A DNA stretch of 63,951 nt, the filler included, from Octopus bimaculoides (Eukaryota): the NCBI RefSeq assembly GCF_001194135.2. It is 11 parts of 9 records of this genome, joined end to end, with 100 filler letters (N's around TTAATTAATTAA, not from the genome) between each part and the next. Parts side by side here need not be neighbours in the genome. Positions count along the whole stretch, not along the records: positions 27,144 to 45,970 come from NC_068995.1; positions 46,071 to 48,124 come from NC_068997.1; positions 48,225 to 51,958 come from NC_068989.1; 8 more parts are not named here. One strand, 5' to 3'. This document shows, piece by piece, positions 38,212-49,389 of the stretch. Position numbers and translations under genes: made by a program. The notes under the pieces are model-generated. The model was not told where the DNA came from. It saw only the letters and a list, made by a program, of their open reading frames with translations, and searched no databases. Position 1 is the first letter of the stretch. Each line of letters opens with the position of its first letter.

Positions 38212-39172
38212 TCAACATAAGAACACATCAATGATGAACTGGTGAAAACTGGTTACTGTGTGATCGATACCTCTCGGGAATTTTGGGACGATTTTTGTTT
38301 TCTCCCTTATTACCAGATTTTTTTTTCTGCTCATAAAACGATTGCACCAGCCTACTGTTTCTTTAAAATCTTTACTTTCTTCTTTATATGATTTATCCCA
38401 TTTTAGGGCATAAGATCTTATTTTATCTTGTGTTACAATGTAGCCATCTTGTCTCTGCTGGAGTACCCATTCTGCTACATCATTTTCCAACTCAGCCAGC
38501 GAGTGCTTCCTTTTCTCATTGCACAATTTTGTTTGCGCATTTATCTTAACTTTCCTCATTCCTTCTCGACTCTTGTGCCATCTTCTCGGTAACATCGAAT
38601 GTTCTAGCAGCAGCACAATTATTCGAACTCTTGGCTACTTCTATAACTTCCAATTTCCTTCTTCGGGCTGGTGGTTGCATATTAGGATGGGTATAAAATG
38701 ATTATAAATTTCACTTGACTAAACAGTTTGTGATTTTATCGGAAGTATAGGTAAATGGTTGTTAATACACCAGGCTGAGTATAACTGTTTAGAACATATC
38801 AGTCATATAAACCACCATTATCGTATTGCTGTTAGCGGTTGTTATGAAAGCGATAAAGTTTCGATAAAGAAGAAAAACCAGGCTCTCTTTCAGGCGACCT
38901 GTGTATGAAAAAGCATGATATAGAAACAGATTTATTGGTTCGTTTATTTTAATTTCTAAGGATATAGTAAGTAATAAAAACACTTGTATACATCATCTTT
39001 ACACGAACAATATTTCTAAAGATATCGGGTGTTGCAAAAGCTAGCCTGTACGCAAATGGTTTTGTGATTTAGCAGTCGTCTTATACTACAGATATGAGAT
39101 AAATGCATGAAATGTTTTACGAACTTTGACCTCGTCTTATCTAAAGGTCGTCTCATACGCAGAAATATACGG
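38212..39172 (-). mobile_element. pogo/Tigger-like DNA transposon, 5' half (BrkDBD and CENP-B-type HTH)
   Basis: 5' end TA-CCGTATATTTCTGCGTATGAGACGACC, with subterminal (A)TAAGACGA(C/G) repeats. ATG at 38680 gives MQPPARRRKLEVIEVAKSSNNCAAARTFDVTEKM and, after a frameshift, ELENDVAEWVLQQRQDGYIVT..IRSYAL...FKETVGWCNRFMSR. Confidence 0.85.
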
Positions 39173-39904
39173 TATGTACTGTCATAGATGCCAGCTGCCC
39201 TGCTGATGTAAATATCTCTTTGAAAATCAAAGAGAAAGGAGATAATTATAGACAACTACTTCGAAACCTCTAACTTCAATATCCGAATTACATACATACG
39301 TACGTACGTACATACATACACACATACATGCATGCACGCATACATACATACATACATACATACATACATACATACATACATACATACATGCATACACACA
39401 TACATGCACGCACGTACACAAACACATACATACATGCATCCATGCATGTATGTACGCACTCACGCACACACGTACACACACATACATACATACATACATA
39501 GAGGCATGTATATATATATGTGTGTCTATGTACAAGCATATAGACATACAATTGTACACACTAAGAAAGACAAATGAAAAGAGAGAGATAGAATGAGATT
39601 GAGAGAGAAAGAGAAATGTTAAGAGAAGAGATCCAAACCTTTTTCCAATCATATAACAAGTTAATTCTCTTAAAAGAAGAAAATTCATATTTTCAAAATT
39701 GGTAGATTAATGTCATTAAAACGAAAATTTCGAGGAATATACGTATTTGTTTTTGTACCGACATACATACATACATACATACATACATACATACATACAT
39801 ACATACATACATACATACATAGGGTGAGTGAGAAGGGTGAGTTGCGAACTAAATTGGAAGGTATGCTACTGACAGTTGTAACAATAATAATGATGATGAT
39901 GATG

Positions 39905-39979
<75 letters not shown>

Positions 39980-39989
39980 GCAATAATAC

Positions 39990-40320
39990 TGATGCAGTAC
40001 CAGGCAGTGGCTCTCATGGCTTCTGATCTTAATTGATTGGAAGTATTATCATGTACATTGTTTTCGCTTGGTATAAAAGATGGGCTGCAACAATTATTCT
40101 GCTCAGTACCATAGATTTGCTTGTCAGTTGTTTGACCTTAACCAGTTGAGGATGTTCCTCGGTGTCTTATATGTGCATCTCTGATCACGAGCAGAAGTAG
40201 TGGGGGAACATCATAGCCATATGTTGAGAGGAATTCTTTAGGGGTTGAAAATTCACCTTTGGAAACATGGGTGTTTTGTTCAACATACTTACACAAACCT
40301 TATTCAAGGACCTTTTGAGC
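39990..40320 (+). mobile_element. SINE (additional family), also partial at 41980-42060
   Basis: The CAGTACCAG..GCTCTCATGGC.TCTGATCTTAA.TGATTGGAAGT.TTATCATGTACA segment repeats at both loci. Confidence 0.6.
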
Positions 40321-41190
40321 GAGGAACGCCTCTCAACGCATCCGATTTCCGCAGTAGTGGCTCTAGAGTCATCAGATACAGGAGAGGCGAGAAGGCACAC
40401 ACTTGACAGACTGAACGCATGATGCTGAATGGTTCTGATACGTAACCATTCACCAGATGTCGCTGTACATTGTTGCGATCCAACTACGGAAAACGGCACC
40501 GAAACCGGCCGTCGTGAGAACTGCCGACAAGTGTTGGTGGTCGACCCTATCAAAGACTTAAGATTGATCTAAATTGATCAACGCTCTACCCAAGTCAGCT
40601 TCATTACCCACCCTGTCTATGATGTGTCACATAAAGTTGAGTTGTCGTGGAAGGATCTGCTTGGGATGGCGCATGTTTGCGCATCACCAATCAGTTCCTC
40701 GACAAGCTCCAGCCTCTACGCTAGCACCTTGGCCAACATTTTGAAGTCAGCATTCGGCAGGGTTATGGGCCGAAAATTTCCTATTTGACCCTACTTGTTC
40801 CACATCCCATTCCCGGTTGATATGGAGTTAAATATATTTCATATCCATCGAAAATGGGCATGATTGCTTGTCGGTCGGGTAGTCTGGTTTCACTGGTGGC
40901 TACCACATCGACACTTAGTGACCTGAGGTCGTTGAGTAGACGATCTTGTTTCCAAGATGGCCCCAGGCTACGTGCAGTTGTACTGCCTATGGTAAGCGAG
41001 GCCATGTTGTATCAAGGTGTAGAAGCGGAAAAGGCTACTTACTTCGAGTTTGTTGGTGAGATGGGGATGGTTGATCCGTCCCCATGCTTACTTGTGGCTG
41101 TTTCCACGAGCAGTTCATTGTACAATTTCTTTGTTTATGTCTTTCTTGAAGGCCTAATTCTACAAAGAAATAAATGGAGAGTGTACAGAT
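40320..41190 (-). mobile_element. Tx1/L1-clade LINE, internally deleted
   Basis: An ORF1-like tail is followed by MASLTIGSTTARSLGPSWKQDRLLNDLRSLSVDVVATSETRL (APE start). This is joined directly to GNFRPITLPNADFKMLAKVLA..LIGDAQTCAIPSRS, ALINLDQS*VFDRVDH and SPLLY..TLEPLLRK (RT motifs). Confidence 0.8.
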
Positions 41191-41199
41191 GAAAAGCTG

Positions 41200-41910
41200 A
41201 TACCAGATAAGGAACAAGCATTAAGGATCAACTCTATGAAGTGCAGAATAGACAACACTACCGATAGATGTGTGGTGAAAGAGGGTGAAACGGTATGGCA
41301 CATCGTTAGCGAAGGTCCGAAATTGGCACAAGGTCAATACAAAAGACGCCATGACAATGTGGTAAAAATTATCCATTAGGAGCTCTGTGGAAATTACGGC
41401 CTACAAAAAGCAAAGACGTGATATGAGCAAACTCTAGGAGTCACCGAAAATGAGAATTGCAAAATCCTGTGAGATGCAATGATCCTGTGCGATCACCCGA
41501 CGAGACATCGGAAACCGAACGTTGTTGTGGTGAATAAAGAAGAAAGAATATGTATGATAATCGACATAGCATGCCCTGGTGACTACAGGATCAATTAGAA
41601 AGAAGGCGAATAAACAAACAACTATGACGATTTGAAGTGGGAAAATACGAAGGTTGTTGTCAATGAAAAGTAGACGTGATACCAATAGCAATTGGTGTAC
41701 TTGGAACTATCAGCACTAAACTACCAGCATGGCTGAAAAAAAGTGATACAAATGTAAAGGTAGAACACCTATAAAAACTAACATTGTTTGGAAGCGCAAG
41801 AATCCTTCACTGGGTTATTAAAGCATGACCAGTAAACAAGTGTCACCTTAGTCTGCTGACTGTGGACAGCTGACACTTTCCATCATACCCAATAAAATTA
41901 GCTGTGAGTG
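41200..41910 (+). mobile_element. R4/Dong/HERO-like LINE 3' end (CCHC knuckle and REL) followed by (ATT)n
   Basis: ETVWHIVS..PKLAQGQYKRRHDNVVKIIH*ELC, KIL*D..I.CDH..RHRKPNVVVVNKEERICMIIDIACPGD, YDDLKWEIRRL..VIPIAIGVLGTI. Confidence 0.85.
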
Positions 41911-41913
41911 TTC

Positions 41914-41977
<64 letters not shown>

Positions 41978-42417
41978 AATGCCGTGATGCAGTACCAGCT
42001 CGTAGCTCCCATGGCGTTTTGCTCTTAACTGATTGGAAGTGTTATCATGTACAGTGTTTCCTCCTGAACTCAAATTCCGCTGAGGTCGACTTTACCTCTC
42101 ATTCTTTCAAGGTCGATAATATAAGTGCTAATCATGTCCCAGGTTCATCGGTGTTGGTTTGGTTATGCCGCCGTGACATCGTAGATCAGTAGAATAGTCA
42201 GATACAATAAGTATCAGGTTTTAAATGATGAGTATTGTGTCTGGTTTGTTTGATTATTCTCTTCAAGGCAGTGCCACAGCATGGCTTGAGTGTACTGACT
42301 GGACGAAGTGAAANNNNNNNNNNNNNNNNNNNNNNNNNNNNNNNNNNNNNNNNNNNNNNNNNNNNNNNNNNNNNNNNNNNNNNNNNNNNATATATATATA
42401 TATATATAAGCAATATA

Positions 42418-42768
42418 AAACAAGAGCACTCAGAGAGCGCAAACCTCCGCCAAGGCAGTACCAACGTCTTCTCAACGATTAGCCAAAGATGATTTTTTAA
42501 ATGAGAATATCTGAAATAAACTTGACTGCTCTCACAAAAGAGAATACTATAAATGAACCCGACCGCTCTCAAAAATTAAGTAAAAGAACAGGAATAATAA
42601 TCTAGAATTCTTGTCTGATAGCGGATCGATCCCAAAATCTAATCAGTCCGTGCCAGTCATGAGGCCAAACATCCCTGAAAGTTTCATCCGAATCCATCGA
42701 GCGGTTCTTGTGATATCTTGTCCACGCGACTGAAACAATACCTTCACCTTCGCTAAGGCTGAGGTAAA
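42418..42768. mobile_element. Non-autonomous Helentron-associated (HINE/DINE-1/Pearl-like) element
   Basis: Starts AAACAAGAGCACTCAGAGAGCGCAAACCTCCGCCAAGG and ends with the ACCTT..CTAAGGCTGAGGTAA subterminal repeat/hairpin. The internal GATCCC..AAATCTAATCA..AAGTTTCAT..GAATCC segment is typical of such elements. Confidence 0.5.
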
Positions 42769-43193
42769 ACTACGTAGCTGTGCATAGGCGCAGATGTGGT
42801 TGTGTGGTAAGGAGGTTGCTTGCCAATCACATGGTTCCCGTAATTTATCGGTTCAGCAAAAGACAGATCGATAGCATAAGTACTACGTTTACAAAGAATA
42901 AGTCTTGGGCTGATTTGTTCGACTAAAGGTGGTGCTCCATCATGGCCGCAGTCAAATGACTGAAACCAATAAAAGAATAAAAGGATAAAAGAAAGAAAAC
43001 ATAAAGCCAATATATTAATTACTTCAATAAAAATACGTACAGAAAAGTTTTCAGGGGAGATCACTCTTTGTGAGTTTTGAAGAGTTATCTCCCATAGACG
43101 TCTTCTCGCATAGCCGAACTATATATTTTGAATTTTAGTTTGTATGAAAATTGTTGTTGATGTAACAACAACAACAACAGCAGCAGCAGCAGC

Positions 43194-43224
<31 letters not shown>

Positions 43225-43759
43225 GCAATCTTTGCTAGTCTTAGCTATTTCATTTACTATTTCCTTTAATCGTGATTCACTTTTTCTCTGTTTTTTTCTT
43301 CTGTCTTTTTCTTTTCGCCTGTTATAAAATTGTAACTTAAAAAAACTGATGATGTCATTCCATCAACGGGTGGATGCTGGTTGCTCTCGTTCATACTTTA
43401 CGTTTAAATTTCTGTAAAATTTATAATTTCTAATAAAATATCTTACAATCGAATCGCGCACTTAATAATAATAATAATAGTAATAATAATGATAATAATG
43501 ATGATGATGATGATGATGATGATGATGTTGATGATGATGATGATGATGTTGATGATGATGATGATGGTGATGATGATAATAATAATTTTTTACTACAGGT
43601 ATAAGGCTTGAAATTTGGTAGGAGGATAGTCGATTACATCGACCTCCAGTGGATAACTGGTATTTATTTCATCGACCCCCGAAAGGATGAAAGGTAAAAT
43701 CTACAGACTGTAAAAGGGCAAGACAAATGAAAAAATACTAAATGAAGAAAAACGATTAA

Positions 43760-43826
43760 CCTACGTACCATGGTTTCACTTGTTAAAATTTATATAAGTA
43801 AATATCTGCAGGGTCATCAGCGTAGT
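43760..43826 (-). ncRNA. Type I hammerhead-ribozyme-like motif (left arm)
   Basis: CTACG-CTGATGA-CCCTG...CAAGT-GAAA-CCATGG-TA-CGTAG. Stem I is CTACG/CGTAG, stem III is the palindrome ACCATGGT, and predicted GUA cleavage falls between 43766 and 43765. Stem II is imperfect and the 10.1-11.1 pair is non-canonical. Confidence 0.55.
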
Positions 43827-44420
43827 CTGTAGATTTATAAAATATAATTTCCAGAGCTAGACACAAGACGTCCACCCGAAAGGTAGCACGTGTAGAGTTC
43901 TACAAATCACATTCGGTGTATCCCTTCAAATGTCTCCAATCTGGCGAGCTAAGTCCGGAAATAACTCTGCAGTTAATAAATTTTGCAGCTAATTTACCGG
44001 TTTGAGAACATCATTATTTAAAATTTATTAATAAGGGTAGAAATTGATATTAATCAATTAAAACCAGAGGTCTAGCATATTAAAAAAATCCGAAGATTAA
44101 AATTATATTACATACAAAAATAAGAGGAATGACCAGCAAAAGTGGACTCCTATATGCTAGAAATAGATGCCGAATCATCTATTCAATTTCTCTAATCATC
44201 TAATCAATTTCTACCCTTATTAATAAATTTTAAATAATGATGTTCTCAAACCGGTAAATTAGCTGCAAAAATTTATTAACTGCAGAGTTATTTCCGGACT
44301 TAGCGCGCCAGATTGGAGACATTTGAAGGGATACACTGAATGTGATTTGTAGAACTCTGCACCCTTTCGGGTGGACGTCTTGTGTCTAGTTCTGGAAATT
44401 ATATTTTATAAATCGACAGA

Positions 44421-44556
44421 CTACGCTGATGATCCTGCAGATATTTAGTTATGTAAATTTTAACAGGTGAAACCATGGTACTCTTTTACTCTTTTACTCT
44501 TTTACTTGTTTCAGTCATTTGACTGCGGCCATGCTGGAGCACCGCCTTTACGTAGG
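44421..44556 (+). ncRNA. Type I hammerhead-ribozyme-like motif (right arm), split by a SINE insertion
   Basis: CTACG-CTGATGA-T-CCTG...CAGG-T-GAAA-CCATGG-TA (ends 44480), then the 70-bp insert, then CGTAGG (44551-44556). Confidence 0.55.
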
Positions 44557-46078
44557 TTAATCTTTTTTTTTTTTTTTATTTAGTATATTTTCATTTGTCT
44601 TGCCCTTACAGTGTGTTGTGTCCCTAAATTTTTACTGAGAACATATTTTTTCGTGGTTGGATGATTCGGCATCTATTTCTAGCATATAGCAGTCCATTTT
44701 TACTGGTCATTCCTCTTATTTTTGTATAAAATACTACAATTAAACGTCATTTCTGACGGCACGGTGCCAGCTAGTCCAATAATATTCCTTGTTATTGCTT
44801 ATTGGCCAATCAATATTCGATGTAAAATTGAAGCATTTTCCCTGCGTCCACCTTATAATACCAAAATCCATGTTCTAGTTTAAATAATTGTCAACGATAA
44901 ACAATGGGTTTTGAAGATTCAGCTTTCAATAAATTTCCGTTTTAATTATGAATTTTGTATCAAAATTAATTGTTCATTGCTTTAGTTTTAGTGACTGAGT
45001 ATTCCGTAGATACTTGCATCGTTTATGTAATCAGAATCAGTATCACATGGCTGGTTCACAGGAATAAATATCGAACCTGATCTTGCTTTACACAAACATA
45101 AATCTCACTTAAACGAAACCAACAAATTTGTAAGGGAGACAACTCTTGTATATCTATTTTCATTAGAGTGCAAGAGTTATTGCCCTTTGAACGCTAATTC
45201 TCCGTACCGAGTTACGTTTTATTATGCATTTAGAATTCTTTTATTGTGATCATTCCTTCACTGGAAATGAGTTTAATTGTATTATAATTTCGAGACGGGA
45301 AATGCGCTAATAATCTTAGTCTTCTCCCATTTCATGTGTGTTGTACTCTGTCGAACTCTACCACGTGTATTGTACTTCACCGCTAATTGTACTCTACTGC
45401 ATGAATTATATATTCCACCGAGCAAGCAACGCAGTGGATGTGATGAAAAAAAAATTGATAAATAGCCTCTATCCAGCTTTAATCCAACACACTCCTGTTG
45501 CTGGAAGTCATGTACATTCATATTTGAATCTATCCATCCTTTTAAAAACACTAGGAAATATAATTCGAGGGGCTTTAGCTGCTATTTTATGCGCGCTGAA
45601 ATTCATTCCCTGGATAAATATATTTTTATTCGAAACATTAACACTGCCTTCAAATTCTCTTAATTCTATTTTAAGAATTAGTAATTTTGCATCTTAAATA
45701 TAATTATTATAGAATCATTAGGAATAATTAATTCTAGATTCTTGATTCCAAGATGAGGTTAAGAAAATTTTTCTGGCATGAAAATAGGAAAACCATCATT
45801 AAATAGGTTTCTGCTTCTTCATCATCCCAAATAACCGCTTCTTCTTCTTCTTCTTCTTCTTCTTCTTCTTCTTCTTCTTCTTCTTCTTCTTCTCCTCCTC
45901 CTCCTCCTCCTCCTCCGCCTTCTTCTTCTTCTTCTTCTTCTTCTTCTTCTTCTTCTTCTTCTTCTTCTTCNNNNNNNNNNNNNNNNNNNNNNNNNNNNNN
46001 NNNNNNNNNNNNNNTTAATTAATTAANNNNNNNNNNNNNNNNNNNNNNNNNNNNNNNNNNNNNNNNNNNNCACAAGAG

Positions 46079-46110
<32 letters not shown>

Positions 46111-47479
46111 CTAGCAGAGACACCTGGCATTGCTCGGGATTAAAATGGCATAGTTTGTATATAATATATTACAGTTATGTTGAAACAGGTGCTATGGGAA
46201 AGTGAAGCATTGACAACAAAACATTTGAGGAGTAAATGATGGGCTAATTTGGCTAAGCAACATGCTATGCATCCATTTGGAGTACTTCAGGCCCTAACCT
46301 GTGGGGGTTATATGATTTTGGAATGCACCGAGAAGCTGTCAGTGGATATATTCACTTTTGCAGCACTCGGCCCTACATCACTCATAAAGTAAATTCAGAG
46401 GAACTGTGGTTGTTCATTTGTGGGTAACAGGGAACCAATGAGGTGATAGCCTTGCTCTTGAACTTTGAAGTCAGTGTAAATTCACATTTATTTATCTTCT
46501 TAGATGCACCAAATGATGCCATTTGCAGAGTTGTGTTGCCTGATACTGTTCAGAAAATCCTTTGACTGGATGGAAATGCCTTCTAGAAGATCCATATGAG
46601 GTTGAAAAGGAACTGGTAGTGCTGGCAATGTTACCTGACCGCCTGAGCAGCACATACCATTTGTTTCATTTGAAAATTTTAAAGCTCTACAGAAAAGACA
46701 ATTTGTGTTTAGCACACCAATTTGGACAGAGTTATTATTTTTATAAGAATGGGATGGATCATATCTGAAAACAGCTTCAGGAGTTGTGAAGAACAAATTT
46801 GTACGTAGTCTTTTCTGAGAGTTATTCTATTGGACCTATGTTTAATCATTAAAATATTGATTTAATGATCCAGTATTAAGTGCTGCAACATGCATTTGCT
46901 GATCTTGAGAAAATCTCATCTAGCTTCTGTCTTTAGACTCTCGGCTTCGGTTTTCTTCAATCCTCCTTGCTTTATACTTGTTTCTGGAGAGATTATGTGT
47001 TTTCTTTGGTGGCATATTTTTCTCAATATTGTAAACAAAGAATTATGAACATAGAAAGAAATTATATATTAATCCCTATTTTTTGTAAGCAGTTTATCCG
47101 TAAAAATTTTATTTGAAGACAGCAGAAATTGAAAGAAGAGAAAGCAAAAAGAACAGAGAAAGAAATTGAAAGATGTACTTATGTCTATATGAAATGGGTG
47201 TGTGAGTGTGCATGCGTGCCTGCCTGCGGGTGTATATGTGAGAGAGAAAAAGGGTGAGAAAGAGAGATAGAGTGAGTGAGTGAAGGTGTGTGTCGTGATG
47301 ACTGATGTCTTTTAAGGTACACACACACAGAAAATGTGACGTCATAGTATAAAATTTTTACGATAGTTGATTTATGGAAAAGATTATGTTAAATTTTTGA
47401 AATGCAAATATGAGAATGGAAATTAAGATTAATTTGTAGTCAACATGATTAATTAAGATTAATTTCTAGTCAACTAAGA
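46111..47479 (-). mobile_element. Helitron deletion derivative (N-terminal RepHel relic with hairpin-CTAG 3' end)
   Basis: ATG at 47015 opens MPPKKTHNLSRNKYKARR. Further motifs: AVFRYDP..VQIGVLNTNCLFCRALKFSNETNGMCCSGGQVTLP...FLNSIRQHNS and FKVQ.QGYHLIGSLLP..PQFL*IYF. The 3' end is an imperfect GC hairpin plus CTAG|T at 46111. The 5' A|TC at 47479 is tentative. Confidence 0.85.
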
Positions 47480-47899
47480 TTCCCCATACGTCAAAATCTG
47501 TAACTCGGTTTTGGAAAGCATAAGGAATATATAATATATAGGACAGCAACTCACATAACAATAGAGACGTAATGCTGAAATAGTGTAAGAGATAAGAGAT
47601 TGCTCTGGGCTCGCATTTGGCAAGAAGTTGGAAATTATTTTGGCCCATCATACTGCATGGACCTGAGCTTTTGTATTTGACGCCTGTTGCTTTAAGTATT
47701 TTATTTATACTATATATATGTGTGTGTATATATAAGCCAATGAGAGAGACCTCTACATGGTAGCTAGACCTGGTAGAAATAGCAGCCATATCGACCTCAA
47801 AACACCCTACCGTCTTAATCCAACAATTCTGCCTATTATGTAGTTTGAATGAGAAACTGTAAATAAAGATTAAGATTATTAACCCCAGAGAGAGACAGA

Positions 47900-48124
47900 A
47901 GAAAGAAGAGAGAAAGCATAGCGACGGTTTGGGCTGACTGTCATCCAGTATTCCCCTTGTTGCTAGCGAAATGGTATGTGTCGGCTGTCTGAACAACTGG
48001 TTGTGTTAATGGCGGAACAAACAGAACACAAAGATTACAAAAATAGCGATTCTCACTTTGAAACTAACAATTTTGAAAATAACAATTTTGAAAATCTTTT
48101 TAGATTACGGAACGCCCCGCTCTC
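47900..48124 (+). promoter_or_regulatory. Possible promoter and first exon at a scaffold end
   Basis: Pyrimidine tract TTCCCCTTG, then ATG|gtatgt at 47971-47979, and a YY1-like AATGGCGG at 48008-48015. CpG is locally elevated. Confidence 0.25.
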
Positions 48125-48224
48125 NNNNNNNNNNNNNNNNNNNNNNNNNNNNNNNNNNNNNNNNNNNNTTAATTAATTAANNNNNNNNNNNNNNNNNNNN
48201 NNNNNNNNNNNNNNNNNNNNNNNN

Positions 48225-48272
<48 letters not shown>

Positions 48273-49054
48273 TATATATACACCCAACTATAAAGGGGGA
48301 TAAGTGTTTACCACATAACTCAATAATTGCTTATCACAAGAGATTTAATTATGTAAGTGATGCTAACGGGCGCGTTGCAGGAACCGAAACGGATTGCGAG
48401 GAGAACGGTTGGGAGCTTAGCTTAAGCATGTTAGTTTTTAATCAATGTTTCTTGCCTCAATTATGTTTCATAGGTTTAAAAGAAATTTTTCTGACATGAA
48501 AGCTTTCATATTTTTATTGCTTCTAAGAATGACGATATTTTCGCCGCAAAAAAAGAAAAAAAAAAAAAATACTCGAAACTAATATCTTAAGATTTGTATT
48601 TACCATTCTGCTATAATGCAGCGTGGAATATTACGAAATTAAAAGAGCGAAACTAGGATAAGGAAATAGAATAATATCATCTGTCCATATTTCAATAAGT
48701 TGCACTAGAAACAGCGAGAGTAAATAAATAAACATATTTTGTGAATGTGTGTATAGATCTCCCTCTCTTTCTTTCTCTCCCTCTCCCCATCTCTCTCCCC
48801 TCTCCCCATCTCTCTCCCCTCTCCCCATCTCTCTCCCCTCNNNNNNNNNNNNNNNNNNNNNNNNNNNNNNNNNNNNNNNNNNNNNNNNNNNNNNNNNNNN
48901 NNNNNNNNNNNNNNNNNNNNNNNNNNNNNNNNNNNNNNNNNNNNNNNNNNNNNNNNNNNNNNNNNNNNNNNNNNNNNTATATATGCATAAATTTGAACAT
49001 ACATATTTATGCATCTGTATGTATATGCATACATATATATATATCAATATTTAC

Positions 49055-49144
<90 letters not shown>

Positions 49145-49160
49145 GTGTGTATTGTTGTTG

Positions 49161-49198
<38 letters not shown>

Positions 49199-49389
49199 GG
49201 TTTGTTTTGTAAGATTCCTGATGTGAAATTATGTGTTGAAATAGCTATTGTATATTTCGGGATAGTTATTTTTTTTCTTGCCAAATGAACACACGCACTT
49301 GTTTATTATTCTTCTTATTTCATGTGCATTGTCTGGAAATCTTTCGTCATACATCTATGACATCTTCCACGATAAATAGGCAGACGTTG

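Larger units (their letters stand above)
43707..44612. repeat. ~340-bp inverted repeat pair, each arm carrying a hammerhead-like motif (Penelope pLTR or retrozyme-like)
   Basis: Left arm 43707-44048 is the reverse complement of right arm 44203-44612, which is interrupted by a 70-bp SINE tail at 44481-44550. Identity is roughly 90% by eye. A second inverted pair lies at 44112-44179 and 44660-44727. Confidence 0.9.

Noticed and set aside
48009-48026. ATG GCG GAA CAA ACA GAA (MAEQTE) as the missing RPS11 exon 1 or a pseudogene
   Set aside because: There is no GT donor after the Gln codon, similarity ends after TE, and it lies 38 kb downstream on another scaffold.
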